Positions 48,839-48,839 of a stretch of 48,839 bases of DNA are shown one piece after another (the first letter of the stretch is position 1; each line of letters opens with the position of its first letter). A model generated the notes under the pieces. It was not told where the DNA came from and made no database searches. It saw only the letters and a program-made list of their open reading frames with translations. The DNA is taken from NCBI GenBank assembly GCA_051382305.1, contig JBBCAV010000115.1, positions 1 through 48,839 of the forward strand, given 5' to 3'. This DNA comes from Bdellovibrionota bacterium FG-2 (GTDB lineage: Bacteria > Bdellovibrionota > UBA1018). The translations under genes and the position numbers were made by a program.

Positions 48839-48839
48839 C

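Larger units (their letters stand above)
47681..48839 (-). mobile_element. IS3-family insertion sequence (partial, degenerate)
   Basis: Terminal IR TGGGCTGCGCCCCGAAGTTTGGACA at 47681-47705, orfB with DDE motifs and the orfA 3' end; the other end lies beyond the window. Confidence 0.92.

Overview
Bacterial chromosomal window of roughly 50% GC (estimated by eye). Its gene content suggests a Bdellovibrionota/Oligoflexia-like predator; this is inferred from the CPAF-like S41 protease, FecR protein, myxobacterial-type TonB receptor plus lipoprotein and the many secreted hydrolases. Core-type genes include a partial moeB/thiF, copA, HU, LOG, M28 aminopeptidase, metG, exbB-exbD-tonB-TBDR, hemW, NUDIX, cN-II 5'-nucleotidase, emrAB-tolC and a pseudouridine synthase. 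They are interspersed with secreted hydrolases, one intact and one decayed PIN toxin-antitoxin module, and an accessory right end (S8 protease cassette, Cys-rich lipoprotein, truncated S28 peptidase, degenerate IS3). The most unusual signals are: (1) a 561-bp segment carrying an XRE regulator ORF, bounded by 29-bp inverted repeats that contain its start and stop codons; (2) a CopA ATPase fused in frame to a ~280-aa signal-peptide-bearing protein; (3) several chimeric, truncated or frameshifted genes. No rRNA, tRNA or CRISPR array was recognised. All family calls come from motif recognition without database searches.
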